The position numbers were made by a program, and so were the translations under genes. A DNA stretch of 64,000 nucleotides from Myxococcota bacterium (GTDB lineage: Bacteria; Myxococcota; XYA12-FULL-58-9; JABJBS01): NCBI GenBank assembly GCA_036339465.1, contig JAYZAY010000056.1, positions 24,635 through 88,634 of the forward strand, written 5' to 3'. Position 1 is the first letter of the stretch, and each line of letters starts with the position of its first letter. Of the stretch, positions 8,704 to 20,090 are shown piece after piece. A model generated the notes under the pieces. It made no database searches, was not told the DNA's origin, and worked only from the letters and a program-made list of their open reading frames with translations.

Positions 8704-10020
8704 TTGAATTCGGCAATAGGACCTGTGGGAAAGAAAGAGATTTTTGGTTGGGCGATGTATGATTTTGCCAATTCCAGTTTTGTGACTGTGATTATCACCG
8801 CCATTTATTCTGGTTTTTTCACCGAATACATCGTTCCCAAAGATTCTGCATTTAAAAATAGCTATTGGTCCATGGCCATTGTCATTGCCACGGTCTTAGC
8901 GCTTCTTTTATCGCCTTTGGTTGGCGCGGTTTGCGACGTTACGGGGGCGAAGAAAAAAGCTTTGGGGCTAAGTACCTTGGTCTGCGTTTTGTCGTCTTTG
9001 GGATTGATGTTTGTGGAACCCGGGGACGTGGGCCTCGGTGTTTTGTTTGTCGGGGTTGGGTTTGCGGGTTTTATGCTGGGGGAGAGTTTCTGCGCCAGTT
9101 TTCTAAGCGACTTAGCGACACCCAAGAATATGGGCATGGTTTCCGGTATCGGGTGGGGAATTGGCTATTTTGGTGGTATTGGAAGCTTGGTGTTGGTGTT
9201 GATGATTGTCACAGCCAAGCCCGACGTGGATCTCGCTCTTTTTATTGAACAAAACCAATGGGCTGCCGCATCGGTTGGGATCTTTTTCTTCGTGGCGGCA
9301 ATGCCCACATTTTTATGGTTAAAAAATCGCTCCAAGCCATTACCTGGTTATGAGAACATGTCTTTGGTGGCGCAATTTCGATCGGGTTTTGGGCGCTTGA
9401 TGGAGACCAAACGGCAAGCCCATAAGCACCAAAAACTCTTCTCTTTTCTAAAGGCCTTCTTATTTTACTACGCAGGGATGTCGGCATGTATTACCTTTGC
9501 GGGTATCTTTGCCCGGGCGGAACTAAAATTTGAAACGACCGAACTCAGTATTATGTTTTTGCTGATTCAGTTCAGCTCGGCTCTTGGGGCGTTGGGTTTT
9601 GGTTATTTGGATACGAAATGGGGCCCCAAAAAGACGGTCTTGATCACCATTGCCATGTGGATTGTGGGTGTCCTAATCCTTTTTGGCCTAGACAGTATTG
9701 CAGGGGTTTTGGGGGTGACACCACAGCAACTTTTTTATGGCGATAGTCTCATAATAGGAACGGGTATGGGGGCCATGCAATCCTCTAGTCGCGCCATTGT
9801 GGGGGTGCTTTCGCCCCGAGAGAGGAGCACGGAACTCTTTGGGTTTTGGGGATTGTTTTCCCGGGCGGCATCGCTTTTGGCCATGCTTTTGGGGCCATTG
9901 TCTGATTTCGTAGGCTCTATTCAGCGTGCTTCGCTTCTACTGGTTTTTTTCTTTGTGGTGGGTGGTGTGATGCTGTGGCGAATTGATATCCATGTTGAGG
10001 AGGATGGGGCGCCTGCTTAG
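8704..10020 (+). CDS. MFS transporter, UMF1/Atg22-like
   Basis: WAMYDFANS motif, about 12 hydrophobic segments, QSSSRA; AGGAGG RBS. Confidence 0.92.
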   Translation: MNSAIGPVGKKEIFGWAMYDFANSSFVTVIITAIYSGFFTEYIVPKDSAFKNSYWSMAIVIATVLALLLSPLVGAVCDVTGAKKKALGLSTLVCVLSSLGLMFVEPGDVGLGVLFVGVGFAGFMLGESFCASFLSDLATPKNMGMVSGIGWGIGYFGGIGSLVLVLMIVTAKPDVDLALFIEQNQWAAASVGIFFFVAAMPTFLWLKNRSKPLPGYENMSLVAQFRSGFGRLMETKRQAHKHQKLFSFLKAFLFYYAGMSACITFAGIFARAELKFETTELSIMFLLIQFSSALGALGFGYLDTKWGPKKTVLITIAMWIVGVLILFGLDSIAGVLGVTPQQLFYGDSLIIGTGMGAMQSSSRAIVGVLSPRERSTELFGFWGLFSRAASLLAMLLGPLSDFVGSIQRASLLLVFFFVVGGVMLWRIDIHVEEDGAPA

Positions 10021-10964
10021 CTCTCTCGCTTTTGTTGAAGGCTGTCTGTTAAATTGCAGCCCAAGACCTGAAGGGAGCCGAGCACATTGGTCAAATCCGT
10101 GGGCATGATGACGGTTTTGGCGCTGGGAGCTGCGGCCACATCAGCCAGTGCTTGAATCTGTCTTTTCATCAACTCAAATTGGATGGCGGCGTCGCCATTT
10201 TCGGTGATGGCTGCGGCCATCAGGCGCGTCTGCTCTGCGTTTGCTTCGGCGGTGATGCGGGTGGCATAGGCGTTTGCATCGGCGCTGATGCGCATGGCTT
10301 CAGCGTCTCGTTTGGACTCGAAGAGTTTGGCTTCGGAGGCCAGTTCGATGGAGCGTTTTTCACCCTCGGCCCGGGCGATGGCGGCCCGACGTTCCCGTTC
10401 GGCATTGAGTTGCTGTCGTTGGGAATCTTTGGTTTGTTCGTCCACAAGGACGTCGGTTATTTCGGTTCGGGTAATCTCAATTCCCCATGCAGTGGCCGCT
10501 TCCTGGAGATTGGTGGCGATTTCCCCGTTCATCGCTTCCCGGCTGGATTGAAGGGCGTCTAGTTCAAATTTCCCCACGGCGGAGCGCACGATAGAAGTAG
10601 CAGCGGTATCGATGGCTGCTTCGATGTTTTGAATCCGGTAGATAGAGGCGCCCGCATCGATGATCTGATAGAAAACCGTGGCGGCAAGTTTGACTTCGAC
10701 GTTGTCTCTGGTGATGCCGGGAACCTGAAATTCCGCAAGTTGTTTTTCTCGGACCGATATTTTGTGGGCGACGACATCTAAAAACGGGGTGATTAAATTG
10801 AGTCCTGATTTCAGGGTTCGTTGATATTTGCTGAATCGCTCAATGACGTATACTTGGGATTCGGGGACGATTTTGACGGCCTTGTAGATGAGTATTAAAA
10901 CCAAAATGCCGCCACAAAGGCCGAAGATGAGTCCCGGGGTAAGAAAGGTCATAAAGGTCTCCAT
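10017..10964 (-). CDS. SPFH/band 7 protein (QmcA/paraslipin-like)
   Basis: TM then KIVP...VIERF, ITRDNV, WGIEITRTEI, AERERRA..AEG. Confidence 0.93.
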   Translation of the reverse strand: METFMTFLTPGLIFGLCGGILVLILIYKAVKIVPESQVYVIERFSKYQRTLKSGLNLITPFLDVVAHKISVREKQLAEFQVPGITRDNVEVKLAATVFYQIIDAGASIYRIQNIEAAIDTAATSIVRSAVGKFELDALQSSREAMNGEIATNLQEAATAWGIEITRTEITDVLVDEQTKDSQRQQLNAERERRAAIARAEGEKRSIELASEAKLFESKRDAEAMRISADANAYATRITAEANAEQTRLMAAAITENGDAAIQFELMKRQIQALADVAAAPSAKTVIMPTDLTNVLGSLQVLGCNLTDSLQQKRES

Positions 10965-11064
10965 TTTTCTTTTTTTGAGGAATCAATGGAGGGGAATTTA
11001 CTGTTTTCAACGGTCGATGGCCAGAAATCGACCCATTTCTTTGATTTACAAAAAAGGGGGAGCG

Positions 11065-11538
11065 GTGCAGAAAATGGCGATCTTTGTCGATGTGCAAAAC
11101 ATCTATTACACCACGCGCGATGTTTATGGACGGCAATTCAATTACAGGAAATTGTGGGAACGTGTTTCGGCTGAAGGCGAGATTGTTTCGGCCACAGCCT
11201 ATGCGATCGACTCTGGTGATGACAAACAGCGAAAATTCCAGAAAGCCCTCCAGCACATTGGATTTAGGATTAAATTGAAACCGTTTATTCAGCGGCGTGA
11301 CGGTTCGGCCAAGGGCGATTGGGACGTGGGTATCACCATTGATGTCTTGGAGGCGGTGGCAAGTGTCGATAAGGTGATTCTCCTTTCCGGGGATGGAGAT
11401 TTCGATCTCTTGCTCGAAAAGGTACGGGGTCAGGGTGGGATTTTGGCCGATGTGTATGGCGTTCCAGGCTTAACGGCAAACTCCCTGATCGCAGCGGCGA
11501 GTTCCTTTTATCCCATTGACCAAGATTTGTTGCTTTGA
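11065..11538 (+). CDS. NYN domain protein (LabA/DUF88)
   Basis: AIFVDVQNIYY, KGDWDVGITID, SGDGDF; start GTG 11065 or ATG 11074 after GGGGGAG. Confidence 0.92.
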   Translation: MQKMAIFVDVQNIYYTTRDVYGRQFNYRKLWERVSAEGEIVSATAYAIDSGDDKQRKFQKALQHIGFRIKLKPFIQRRDGSAKGDWDVGITIDVLEAVASVDKVILLSGDGDFDLLLEKVRGQGGILADVYGVPGLTANSLIAAASSFYPIDQDLLL

Positions 11539-11801
11539 GTGGTGATTGAATATTCGGTTTTTTTCTTTTCTTTGGCGAGAGAAATGCCCCGAAAACACTG
11601 AAAAAAAGACCATCTTGGGCGGCAGATCATGGGGAATCCGTGCTTATGGCTGCTATTGGCTGGACAGACCACGGTGATGTGCTAAAGCTTCGCTTCGTCG
11701 AGGGGAGTGCCTTTTGCTAAATTGTTGCTCTTTTCTCGATGTTGCGCGAATGTTGCGCGAATTAAATGGCTGGAAGTGATCTGGCGCATTAGGAGAGATA
11801 A

Positions 11802-12128
<327 letters not shown>

Positions 12129-12153
12129 GCTTTGCGTCGTGCGTTAAGTCACG

Positions 12154-13140
12154 GTGACTCAATTTATGGAGGTTTCCGAGGAAGAGAAACTTACCCTTAG
12201 GGCAGTTCTTCGCGAGTTTGGGTTGTCGAACACCCAGCTTAAGCGGGCCGTCTCCTGTGGTAAAGTTCTAATTCGCGGCGTGCCTACCGCAGACACCGGA
12301 CGAATGGTTAGAAGACCCGAGGTAAGTTATGTGCCAGATGCACGGAGGCTTACACCGGGTCGTGACCTATGTATTCTCTACAAAGATCCTGATCTCGTGG
12401 TTGTTTGGAAGCCCAGTGGTTGGTTGAGTGTTAGAGCACCAGGCCGATCTCGGGATTCCGATGTGGTTTCCTATGTGGGAAAACTTTATGGTGGATCCTT
12501 TGTGGTGCATCGTCTCGATGAAGGCACTTCGGGAGCCATGATGGTGGCCCTCAACGAAGCCACCCAATTTAAAATCAAAGCCCTCCTAGAAAAACACGAT
12601 ATCGAACGGCGTTACCTAGCCCTGGTACGAGGACGTCCCGAAAAGGACCGATGGACCATGGAGACCCATTTCGTGAGAAATCGGGGCGATGGCTTGCGGG
12701 GTTCTGGCGAAGCTGGCCCCGAGGCGAAACATGCGGTGACCCATTTCGAAGTGGTTCAGCGATTGGAGACGGGGGTGGCCTTGGTGCGGGCTACCCTTGA
12801 GTCGGGACGGACCCATCAAGTGCGGATTCACTTGGCCGAATCCGGGCATCCAGTATTAGGAGATAAGCTTTACGCCGATTCCGGCTCGGCCCGTCGTTTT
12901 CCCCGGGTGGCCCTGCATGCGGCGGTCTTGGGATTTAAGCATCCGTCTACGGGCGAATCAAAATACTTCGATATTCCGCTGGCCGATGACCTGGAGCAGT
13001 TTCGTCGTGGCGCGGCCACCAAGAAGCCCCTGGAGCCTGGTTCGAGGCGGGAGGAGAAGCGTAAATCGAAACGGCTTTCTCCGGTGGCCAAGAGAGGGGC
13101 CAAGGTGAAGGCGAAAAAGGTCAGGAAAAAGGGAAGATAA
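12154..13140 (+). CDS. RluA-family pseudouridine synthase
   Basis: KPSG, VHRLDEGTSG, SGRTHQVR, GDKLY, LHA; basic C-terminal tail. Confidence 0.95.
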   Translation: MTQFMEVSEEEKLTLRAVLREFGLSNTQLKRAVSCGKVLIRGVPTADTGRMVRRPEVSYVPDARRLTPGRDLCILYKDPDLVVVWKPSGWLSVRAPGRSRDSDVVSYVGKLYGGSFVVHRLDEGTSGAMMVALNEATQFKIKALLEKHDIERRYLALVRGRPEKDRWTMETHFVRNRGDGLRGSGEAGPEAKHAVTHFEVVQRLETGVALVRATLESGRTHQVRIHLAESGHPVLGDKLYADSGSARRFPRVALHAAVLGFKHPSTGESKYFDIPLADDLEQFRRGAATKKPLEPGSRREEKRKSKRLSPVAKRGAKVKAKKVRKKGR

Positions 13141-13408
13141 ATGATTTTTTTCCCGTGTTGACCGCTTCTTGACTTGGTTGATTTTGGGAACGGGTGTTCG
13201 TTTATGGACACGAGGTAAGCCTCACGATGCCCACAACCCTCCTTCTTGAGGCAGAAATCATGCTCTCGGTTGTTCCACGCTCAGAGAAGGTCGTCGCCTG
13301 TCCAATGGCCACTGGTTTTTGATGAAGGTAACGCAGAAAAAGGACTGTGACCCTTGCCGGAATGGAATTGCTTGCTTAAAAAACGGGCAACCATAGGGGA
13401 GCCTCATC

Positions 13409-15583
13409 ATGTCTGTTATCGATGTACCTTCGCTTTCGCCCGTTCGTGATCAAGTCGGCCGCACTGTCACGATCCTGGTGCTTTTGGTCGTGGCGCTGAG
13501 CAACAGCAGTTGCGCGAAGGAGGTGCCACACTTGACCGCCAAAGAAACCGCCCGGCAGGCCTACTGCGGTGCCAATTACGCCGACATCGAGCAGCACATC
13601 GACGAAACCCTCGCCAAAATGACCCTCGAGGACAAAGCCCAATTGATGCACGGAAACCTTCTGATCCCCGATCCGGAAACCGGCACTTGGAACACCGCCG
13701 GTTTCGAAGAGTTGGGGATCCCTGGTTTCCACATGCTGGACGGCCCGAGGGGGCTCAGCCGCTTCTCCGGACAAAAGGGTGCAGCCTTTCCCGTGGCCAT
13801 GGCCCGTGGCGCCACTTGGTCGGAGTCCCTGGAACGGCGGGTGGGCGAGGTTATTGGCGCCGAACTGCGGCTTGCCGGCGCCGATGTCTTGTTGGCCCCC
13901 ACAGTGAACGTGCTCCGCCATCCCCGGTGGGGACGGGCCCAGGAAACCTACGGCGAGGACCCTTTTCATATCGGTGCCCTGGGCACGGCTTTCGTGCTCG
14001 GCGCTCAAAAATACGTCATGGCCGTCGCCAAGCATTTCGCCCTCAACTCCATCGAAAACACCCGCCTCGAAGTGAACGTCAACGTCGACGAGCGGACCCT
14101 CCGGGAAATCTATTTGCCCCATTTTGAGAGGATCGTGCACGAGGGGCAGGTGGCGGGCATTATGACCAGCTACAACCGCATCAATGGCCAATGGGGCTCC
14201 GAGCAGAGTCACCTTATCGCGGATATTCTTCGGGGGGAGTGGCTCTTCCAAGGCTTTACAGTTTCCGATTGGCTTTGGGGCACCCACGAGACAGTTCCCG
14301 CTTTGGAAGCTGGTCTCGATGTTGAAATGCAAATTCCCCAAATCTACGGCGAGGCGGTGGTGGAGGCGGTGAATCAGAAAGTTGTGGCTGAGGCCTTGGT
14401 GGACCGAGCTGTTCGCAATATCTTGCGGGCCCAGTGGTGCTTCGCCCAAAAGACCGTGGCTCCTACCATCACCGAATTGGAGGGGGACGAGGCCCTCGAA
14501 TTGGTCAAAGAAGTGGCCGTGCGGTCCATGGTTCTTCTGGAAAATCGCAACAATACGCTACCCATTGATCGGCGAGTACTGCCCACCATCGTCGTGGTGG
14601 GGTCTTTGGCTGATGAAGCCAACACCGGCGATCGTGGCAGTAGCCACGTGGAATCGAGTTCGGTGACCACCATGCTGGCGGGACTTATGGCCGAGGGTCA
14701 AGGTGCTACTGTGAAGCATGTCGTTGGTGACCTTACGGCCCCCACCGATCAAGAGGCGGTGAAAATTGCCGACGTGGTGGTGGCGGTGGTGGGTTATTCC
14801 GCCGATGAGGAGGGTGAGGGGCAAATCGCGGCGGGTGACCGGGGGGCTATGACTCTACCGGCCGATGATTTGGCGGTGATCAAGTTGGTCACCGAGCTGA
14901 ATGACCGGGTGGTGGTGGTGGTGGTGGGCGGCTCTTCCATTGACATTGGCAGTTGGCGTGAGAGTGCCGAGGCCATTGTAATGGCTTGGTATTCGGGGGC
15001 CAAGGGGGGGGATGCCCTCGCAGATTTACTTTACGGCAATGCCAACTTCAGTGGGCGACTGCCCATTACCTTTGCCGCCTCCCAACAACATCTCCCCACC
15101 TTCGACAACGTCTCTTTGGATGTGACTTACGATTATTTTCACGGCTACCGGCGCCTGCAGCGGGATGGCCATAAAGCCCTCTATCCCTTCGGTTTCGGGC
15201 GAAGTTATACGGATTTTAAAATGGATAATTTCAAGGTTTCGCAAACGGGGAATGCCGTGGTGGTCGAACTTAGCGTGAGCAACACCGGTGCCATGGCGGG
15301 ACTTCAAACCGTGCAGCTCTACGTGGGCGGGCCTGGCGCCGCCGAAGGGCGGGCGCCGCGGGATTTGAAGGCCTTTGCACAGATAGATCTGGAACCGGGT
15401 GCCACGGAGGCCGTACGCCTCGAAGTGCCGATGGAGCGACTACGGGTGTGGGATGATAAGCGTGCCGCTTGGATACTGATTTCAGGGGACTACCGCTTTG
15501 AGGTGGGCACCGACGTGGAGACGCTGACCCTCAACGAAACCATTACTTTGAACAATTCATCCTATTCTTCACCAGGGAAATAA
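13409..15583 (+). CDS. GH3 beta-glucosidase, likely exported lipoprotein
   Basis: DGPRG, GRAQETYGEDP, KHFA, TVSDW nucleophile, YPFGFG, Fn3-like tail; hydrophobic N-region ending SSC. Confidence 0.95.
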   Translation: MSVIDVPSLSPVRDQVGRTVTILVLLVVALSNSSCAKEVPHLTAKETARQAYCGANYADIEQHIDETLAKMTLEDKAQLMHGNLLIPDPETGTWNTAGFEELGIPGFHMLDGPRGLSRFSGQKGAAFPVAMARGATWSESLERRVGEVIGAELRLAGADVLLAPTVNVLRHPRWGRAQETYGEDPFHIGALGTAFVLGAQKYVMAVAKHFALNSIENTRLEVNVNVDERTLREIYLPHFERIVHEGQVAGIMTSYNRINGQWGSEQSHLIADILRGEWLFQGFTVSDWLWGTHETVPALEAGLDVEMQIPQIYGEAVVEAVNQKVVAEALVDRAVRNILRAQWCFAQKTVAPTITELEGDEALELVKEVAVRSMVLLENRNNTLPIDRRVLPTIVVVGSLADEANTGDRGSSHVESSSVTTMLAGLMAEGQGATVKHVVGDLTAPTDQEAVKIADVVVAVVGYSADEEGEGQIAAGDRGAMTLPADDLAVIKLVTELNDRVVVVVVGGSSIDIGSWRESAEAIVMAWYSGAKGGDALADLLYGNANFSGRLPITFAASQQHLPTFDNVSLDVTYDYFHGYRRLQRDGHKALYPFGFGRSYTDFKMDNFKVSQTGNAVVVELSVSNTGAMAGLQTVQLYVGGPGAAEGRAPRDLKAFAQIDLEPGATEAVRLEVPMERLRVWDDKRAAWILISGDYRFEVGTDVETLTLNETITLNNSSYSSPGK

Positions 15584-15811
15584 ATTGTGCCGGTGATGTT
15601 TTTGGCCGTTTCACTTTCTTTATTGGTTTTCCCCTTATGAATCAGTTGCCGGGTCTGCGACATAGAGTATGAGTCGCGCTATCGCACGGGAATACAGGAA
15701 TAAAGAGTGCAGTATATGCATAGATTTAGTGGATATGTTCCTGGGGATTTAGGAGACTCGGTTTAGGTTATATTTGTTCAGGGCAAGGCCGAAACCTCGG
15801 AGAGACCGCCC

Positions 15812-15842
15812 CTGAAATTAAAAGTCTGAAATTAAAAGTCTG
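15812..15842. repeat. 14-bp tandem duplication covering the nadE stop codon
   Basis: CTGAAATTAAAAGT x2 followed by CTG. Confidence 0.9.
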
Positions 15843-17475
15843 GGGTACGTTTGGCGATGGGCATGCGCCACCCCATACCGAAGGCTCGGTCGGTGATTTT
15901 GAGGCCGGGGGCGGCCTGGCGTCGTTTGAATTCCGCAATATTCACCAGTCTGGCCACCCGCTTCACTGTGGCTTCATCGAAACCCCGGGCCACCACTTGG
16001 GCGACGGTTTCGTGTTCCTCCACGTAGTGCATCAGGAGGGTATCTAGGGTGTCGTAATCGGGAAGGCTATCGGTGTCTTTTTGGTCCGGCCGAAGTTCTG
16101 CGGAGGGTGGCTTATCCAGGGTGTTTTGCGGGATCTTCTCGCCGTCGCGATTGGCATAATGGGATAAATCGTAGACCAGGGTTTTTGGGGCGTCGGAAAT
16201 GACCGCCAATCCGCCGGACATATCGCCATAGATGGTGCAGTACCCCACCGAGAGTTCCGACTTGTTACCGGTGGTGAGCAGTACGGCCCGGTATTTATTG
16301 GACATGGCCATGAGCAGATTACCGCGAATTCGCGACTGGATATTTTCTTCGGTGGTGTCGGTATCCATGCCCGCAAAGGGGGTAGCCAAGGCCTTTTCAA
16401 AACTGCTCATGAGGTCGCCGATGGGCAGGGTGAAGGCGCGAATGCCTAGGTTTTTTACCAGGGCTTGGGCATCGGTGATGCTGCCTTCGGAGGAGTAGGG
16501 AGAGGGCATGAGTACCCCGATGACATTTTCTGGGCCTGCGGCTTCGGCGGCGATGGCGGCGGTGAGGGCTGAGTCGATACCTCCGGAGAGTCCCAAGAGG
16601 CATTGTTTAAACCCGGTCTTATGCATGTAATCGCGAACCCCGAGGACCAGGGCATCCCAGGCTTCCGCTACCTTATGGGTTTCGGTGGGTTGGACTTTTG
16701 GGGATGTGGCGTCCCAGTCTAGGATTAGGATGTCCTCAGAAAAGGCTTGGGCTTGTTGTAGGGATTGTCCCTGGGCACCGAAAAAGCAGCTTCGGCCATC
16801 GAAGATCAACTCATCGTTGCCGCCAATTTGGTTGCAATAGGCTACGGGAATACCGTGCTTGGTGGCGATATTCTGTAGGAGCTCTTTTCGGAGAATGTGT
16901 TTTTCGAGACTGAAGGGCGAGGCCGAGATATTGATGAGTCCATGGATTTGAAGCGTACCTAAATTCGCGAGGGGGTCTAGGGTATATTTTTCTGAAATCG
17001 AAAATTCCGGTTGATTCCAGATGTCTTCGCAGATGGTCACAGCGATCCGTTTGCCATGGATTTCGAGAATGGTTTGGCCTTCGGCGCAGCGAAAATAGCG
17101 GGCTTCGTCGAAGACATCGTAGGTGGGGAGAAGGGTCTTGCGAAAACTTTCTTTGATTTCTCCATTCTCTAAAAGAAGTGCTGTGTTGTAGAGGCCTTTA
17201 CCTTGATCATCGTCAATGCTCTCCACGGTTCCGAGAAGGGTTTGGGCTTGGTCTTTGAGGGCTGTGGCGATGGTGGAGTTTAATTCGAGACAATGCTCGA
17301 TAAATCCCTTGTTTAAAAGAAGATCTCTTGGTGGATACCCCCAGACGGCGAGTTCGCTGGTGACGCACAAGTCTGCGCCTTGGGCGGTTGCGTCTTTGAC
17401 GGCGTCGATGATTTTTTGGGCATTTCCGTCCAAATCGCCGACGGTGAAATTGAGTTGTAGTAGTGCGACTTTCAT
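15832..17475 (-). CDS. nadE: Glutamine-dependent NAD+ synthetase
   Basis: Nitrilase domain (E, K, ICEDIW) plus LSGGIDS, TGNKSE, PPSAEL, EFKRRQ. Confidence 0.97.
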   Translation of the reverse strand: MKVALLQLNFTVGDLDGNAQKIIDAVKDATAQGADLCVTSELAVWGYPPRDLLLNKGFIEHCLELNSTIATALKDQAQTLLGTVESIDDDQGKGLYNTALLLENGEIKESFRKTLLPTYDVFDEARYFRCAEGQTILEIHGKRIAVTICEDIWNQPEFSISEKYTLDPLANLGTLQIHGLINISASPFSLEKHILRKELLQNIATKHGIPVAYCNQIGGNDELIFDGRSCFFGAQGQSLQQAQAFSEDILILDWDATSPKVQPTETHKVAEAWDALVLGVRDYMHKTGFKQCLLGLSGGIDSALTAAIAAEAAGPENVIGVLMPSPYSSEGSITDAQALVKNLGIRAFTLPIGDLMSSFEKALATPFAGMDTDTTEENIQSRIRGNLLMAMSNKYRAVLLTTGNKSELSVGYCTIYGDMSGGLAVISDAPKTLVYDLSHYANRDGEKIPQNTLDKPPSAELRPDQKDTDSLPDYDTLDTLLMHYVEEHETVAQVVARGFDEATVKRVARLVNIAEFKRRQAAPGLKITDRAFGMGWRMPIAKRTPDF

Positions 17476-17727
17476 CCCGGGCTCACTAGATTAATCGTTT
17501 GGAACACCTTGGAGCTATAGGGCGCTCCATGGGGGTTTTCAAACGAATTTTGTAGAAAGTTTCGGAAATATCTCCCTAACACCAAGTTGGGGCTAAGGTT
17601 TTTATTCTACGTCGAGGCCGTCCGTTGGTGGCTGGATTGTTGAGGTGGAGGTCTTGGGGTGAACGTTTTTGTTAAGTCCGTTGCCAACTTAGATGCTCTT
17701 AAGTAATTAAAAATTCAGGATAAATCT

Positions 17728-18830
17728 ATGAGGATTTTTCTCCCGGGTTTTTAGTTCCACCTTCATTCGGGGTGCTTTGAGGCTCTTAGGTGCATAGGTG
17801 CTATGGGCATGAGGTTTATACCATTCCCAAGGGCGCAGATCTGAAGCAACAGTGTGGGCATTTTACCAAGGCCATTCAGAACTTTCGCCCGGATTTTGTA
17901 CTCTCCATTAATCTCATTGGCTTCGATACCGGAGGGGTTATCTCAGATCTCTTGGAGCGTTTAGAGTTGCCTTGGGCGGTTTGGTGGGTGGACAGTTCGT
18001 TGGCGGTTTTGGTGCAGAGTCAAAGACCACTCACACCCAGCACCCAGCAATTTTCATGGGACGGGGAAATCCTATTGATGCTTCGTCGCATGGGGTCTGG
18101 TGATTCTGAATTTCTATCCCTAGCCACCAGTCCTAAGCTCATGACGAGATGCAAGTTTTGCGACGATGCTCGGGTGGGGTTTGTGGGCGCCTCCATGGGT
18201 TCTGAAGCGGTTCTGAGTCTCAGTAATTTGCCCCTTCAGCTGAGATCTACGGTTCGCGCCGTGGCCTATGAGTTGCGTCATATCAAGATGAATCCCACAC
18301 CCATCACGAGACCTATGCTTTGGCAAGAGATTTACCTAGATTGTCCTGTGGCGGTTTTGGCGTGTTCCTATCGCCGTGGCCTGGTGGCGGGGAGTTCTTG
18401 CCATATCGATGTTTTTGGAGAGAAGTATTGGTCTGTCTACCTCAAACCGGGACAGTATGATGGTAAGGTCCTGTATGGTACAGCACTGGCTGGTGTCTAT
18501 GGTCGATACGGAATCAACCTAAACAATACCGGTGCCCAGATGCTCACGGGCGTCAATCAACGGGTCTTCGACGTGCCCGCTTGTGGACAATTTATCTTGA
18601 CGGAGCACCAATCGGATTTAGATGGGGTTTTTGAGATAGGTGAAGAAGTGGTGGACTTCACTTCTACTACTCAAGAGGATGAGCTCATCGAATATTATCT
18701 GAAGCGACTTAGGGTTGGTTCGGTAGAGGATTGCCCGTAAGGGCCATGAAAGGGTGTTGGCCGAGCATACCTACGCTCATCATCTCCAGAAATTGGCGCA
18801 GATAGTGGAACGAAAATTAAGCCATAAGAG
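17728..18830 (+). pseudogene. Degraded CgeB-like glycosyltransferase
   Basis: Core WWVD, NQRVFDVPACG..LTE. The 5' end has ATG 17728 then in-frame TAG 17752 and a frame change; the expected tail RIARKGHERVLAEHTYAH lies in another frame from 18727. Confidence 0.75.
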
Positions 18831-18959
18831 TCGGTCCTTGCCGGGTTCAGGAAAAGGCGGCCCCATAGGTCTGGGGGGGTATTGCCTAGCTCCCGTGGTT
18901 GGTCTGTTGCACCTCTCCCTGATAGGAGTGAGCGCGGTCGACGATGGGTCGGGCCAAAG

Positions 18960-19164
18960 CCATTGCTTGCTGATTGAAAATACGAGACTTCCTTACACAT
19001 CTTTCTTTTCGTTTGCGATTCCGGGTGCCCTCGCCGCGACCCATTCATCGGTGGATGCGAACGCTTTTTTCACGGGGATGGCCCTTTTGCCGTGGCCCAA
19101 AATTATTTGCGGACCCATACTCGACGGAGTGACCTTCATGGGTTTGGGCGTAAAACGGTGGTGA
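18960..19164 (+). pseudogene. Possible AmpG-like MFS N-terminal remnant
   Basis: AIPGALA...ALLPW-KI..GPILD..TFMGLGVKRW resembles AmpG LPWxxK..APxxD...GRRRxW. Confidence 0.35.
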
Positions 19165-19178
19165 GCCTATTGGCCAGT

Positions 19179-20090
19179 TCATGGATTATTGTCGGTGGGT
19201 GCTTCGGCAATGTGTAAGCCGTCTAGGAGCTCTTGTCGAAAGTCTTCGGCGGTGGGCCAGGTGGCCATGAGGAGTTCGGGGTCGTTGTTGACGTTGGCAA
19301 AGACCCTGGCTTTGTTGCCGGGTAGTCCGCAGAAGCTCATGGCGTTGGCGTTTCCGTTTTCGTCACGGATCATCACTTGGATATTTTTGTCTTGGGCCAG
19401 GGCTTGCCACATGGGGTGGCCGAAGGCGGGCGCATTGGCGCCGTTACTGATGTGGAGAATACCCACTTGATGGAGGGCCTCGATGATTTGTTCGATGTGT
19501 GTATCTTCCATGGTCCCGAAGCTCTGGATATGGGTTTTAAGGCCGCTGAGGTTCAATTCTGGAAGGTTGGGGACGGCAAGGGAAAATTGGAGGCAGAGGT
19601 CGTAGGCGGTCTTGGGTAAGATTAAGGGGGCTTGGGTGGTGTTCTTTTTCCCCAGGAGATTTTGGCAGAATGTCGAGGCCCAGTCCTTTTTTGGCATGGG
19701 GGAAGACATTTTCAAGCCTTCTTCTGAGAGCTGGGCTTTGACGATGGTCTCTTCATTGCCCCAATAGTGGACGCGGTCCATGGTTTCATTTTTAAAACTC
19801 ATGTTCACCACTTCTGTGCAAAAAATGGGCTGGCAGACCACCTCGAAGGCTTTGGTGTACGAGGGGTCGAAATTAGGCCCGTCGAAACCGGGAGAGACCA
19901 ATCCTCTTTCTTTGAGGGATGCCTCTCCACTGGAACTGTCGTATTCTGCGAATTTATCTGGGGTCAAAAATCCCAAAGGTGAGAAGGAATTGGGGGCGTA
20001 TTCCAGCATCTTCAAGGTGCTGATGATTTCGTTTAAGTTGAGCGAGATACCCATGGGGGAATCTTCGGGTGGGGCTGTATCTACAGACAT
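19179..20090 (-). CDS. Hypothetical protein
   Basis: 303-aa ATG ORF with AAGGA RBS; no family recognised. Confidence 0.75.
   Translation of the reverse strand: MSVDTAPPEDSPMGISLNLNEIISTLKMLEYAPNSFSPLGFLTPDKFAEYDSSSGEASLKERGLVSPGFDGPNFDPSYTKAFEVVCQPIFCTEVVNMSFKNETMDRVHYWGNEETIVKAQLSEEGLKMSSPMPKKDWASTFCQNLLGKKNTTQAPLILPKTAYDLCLQFSLAVPNLPELNLSGLKTHIQSFGTMEDTHIEQIIEALHQVGILHISNGANAPAFGHPMWQALAQDKNIQVMIRDENGNANAMSFCGLPGNKARVFANVNNDPELLMATWPTAEDFRQELLDGLHIAEAPTDNNP

Noticed and set aside
13376..14449. 357-aa antisense ORF, and similar ones at 24686-25303, 50329-51003 and 46523-47122
   Set aside because: Shadow frames of well-supported genes
15786..15798. AGGCCGAAA(A)CCTC shared with about 31548-31561, as a ribozyme or repeat
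   Set aside because: Too short, no hammerhead CUGANGA core, and could be chance
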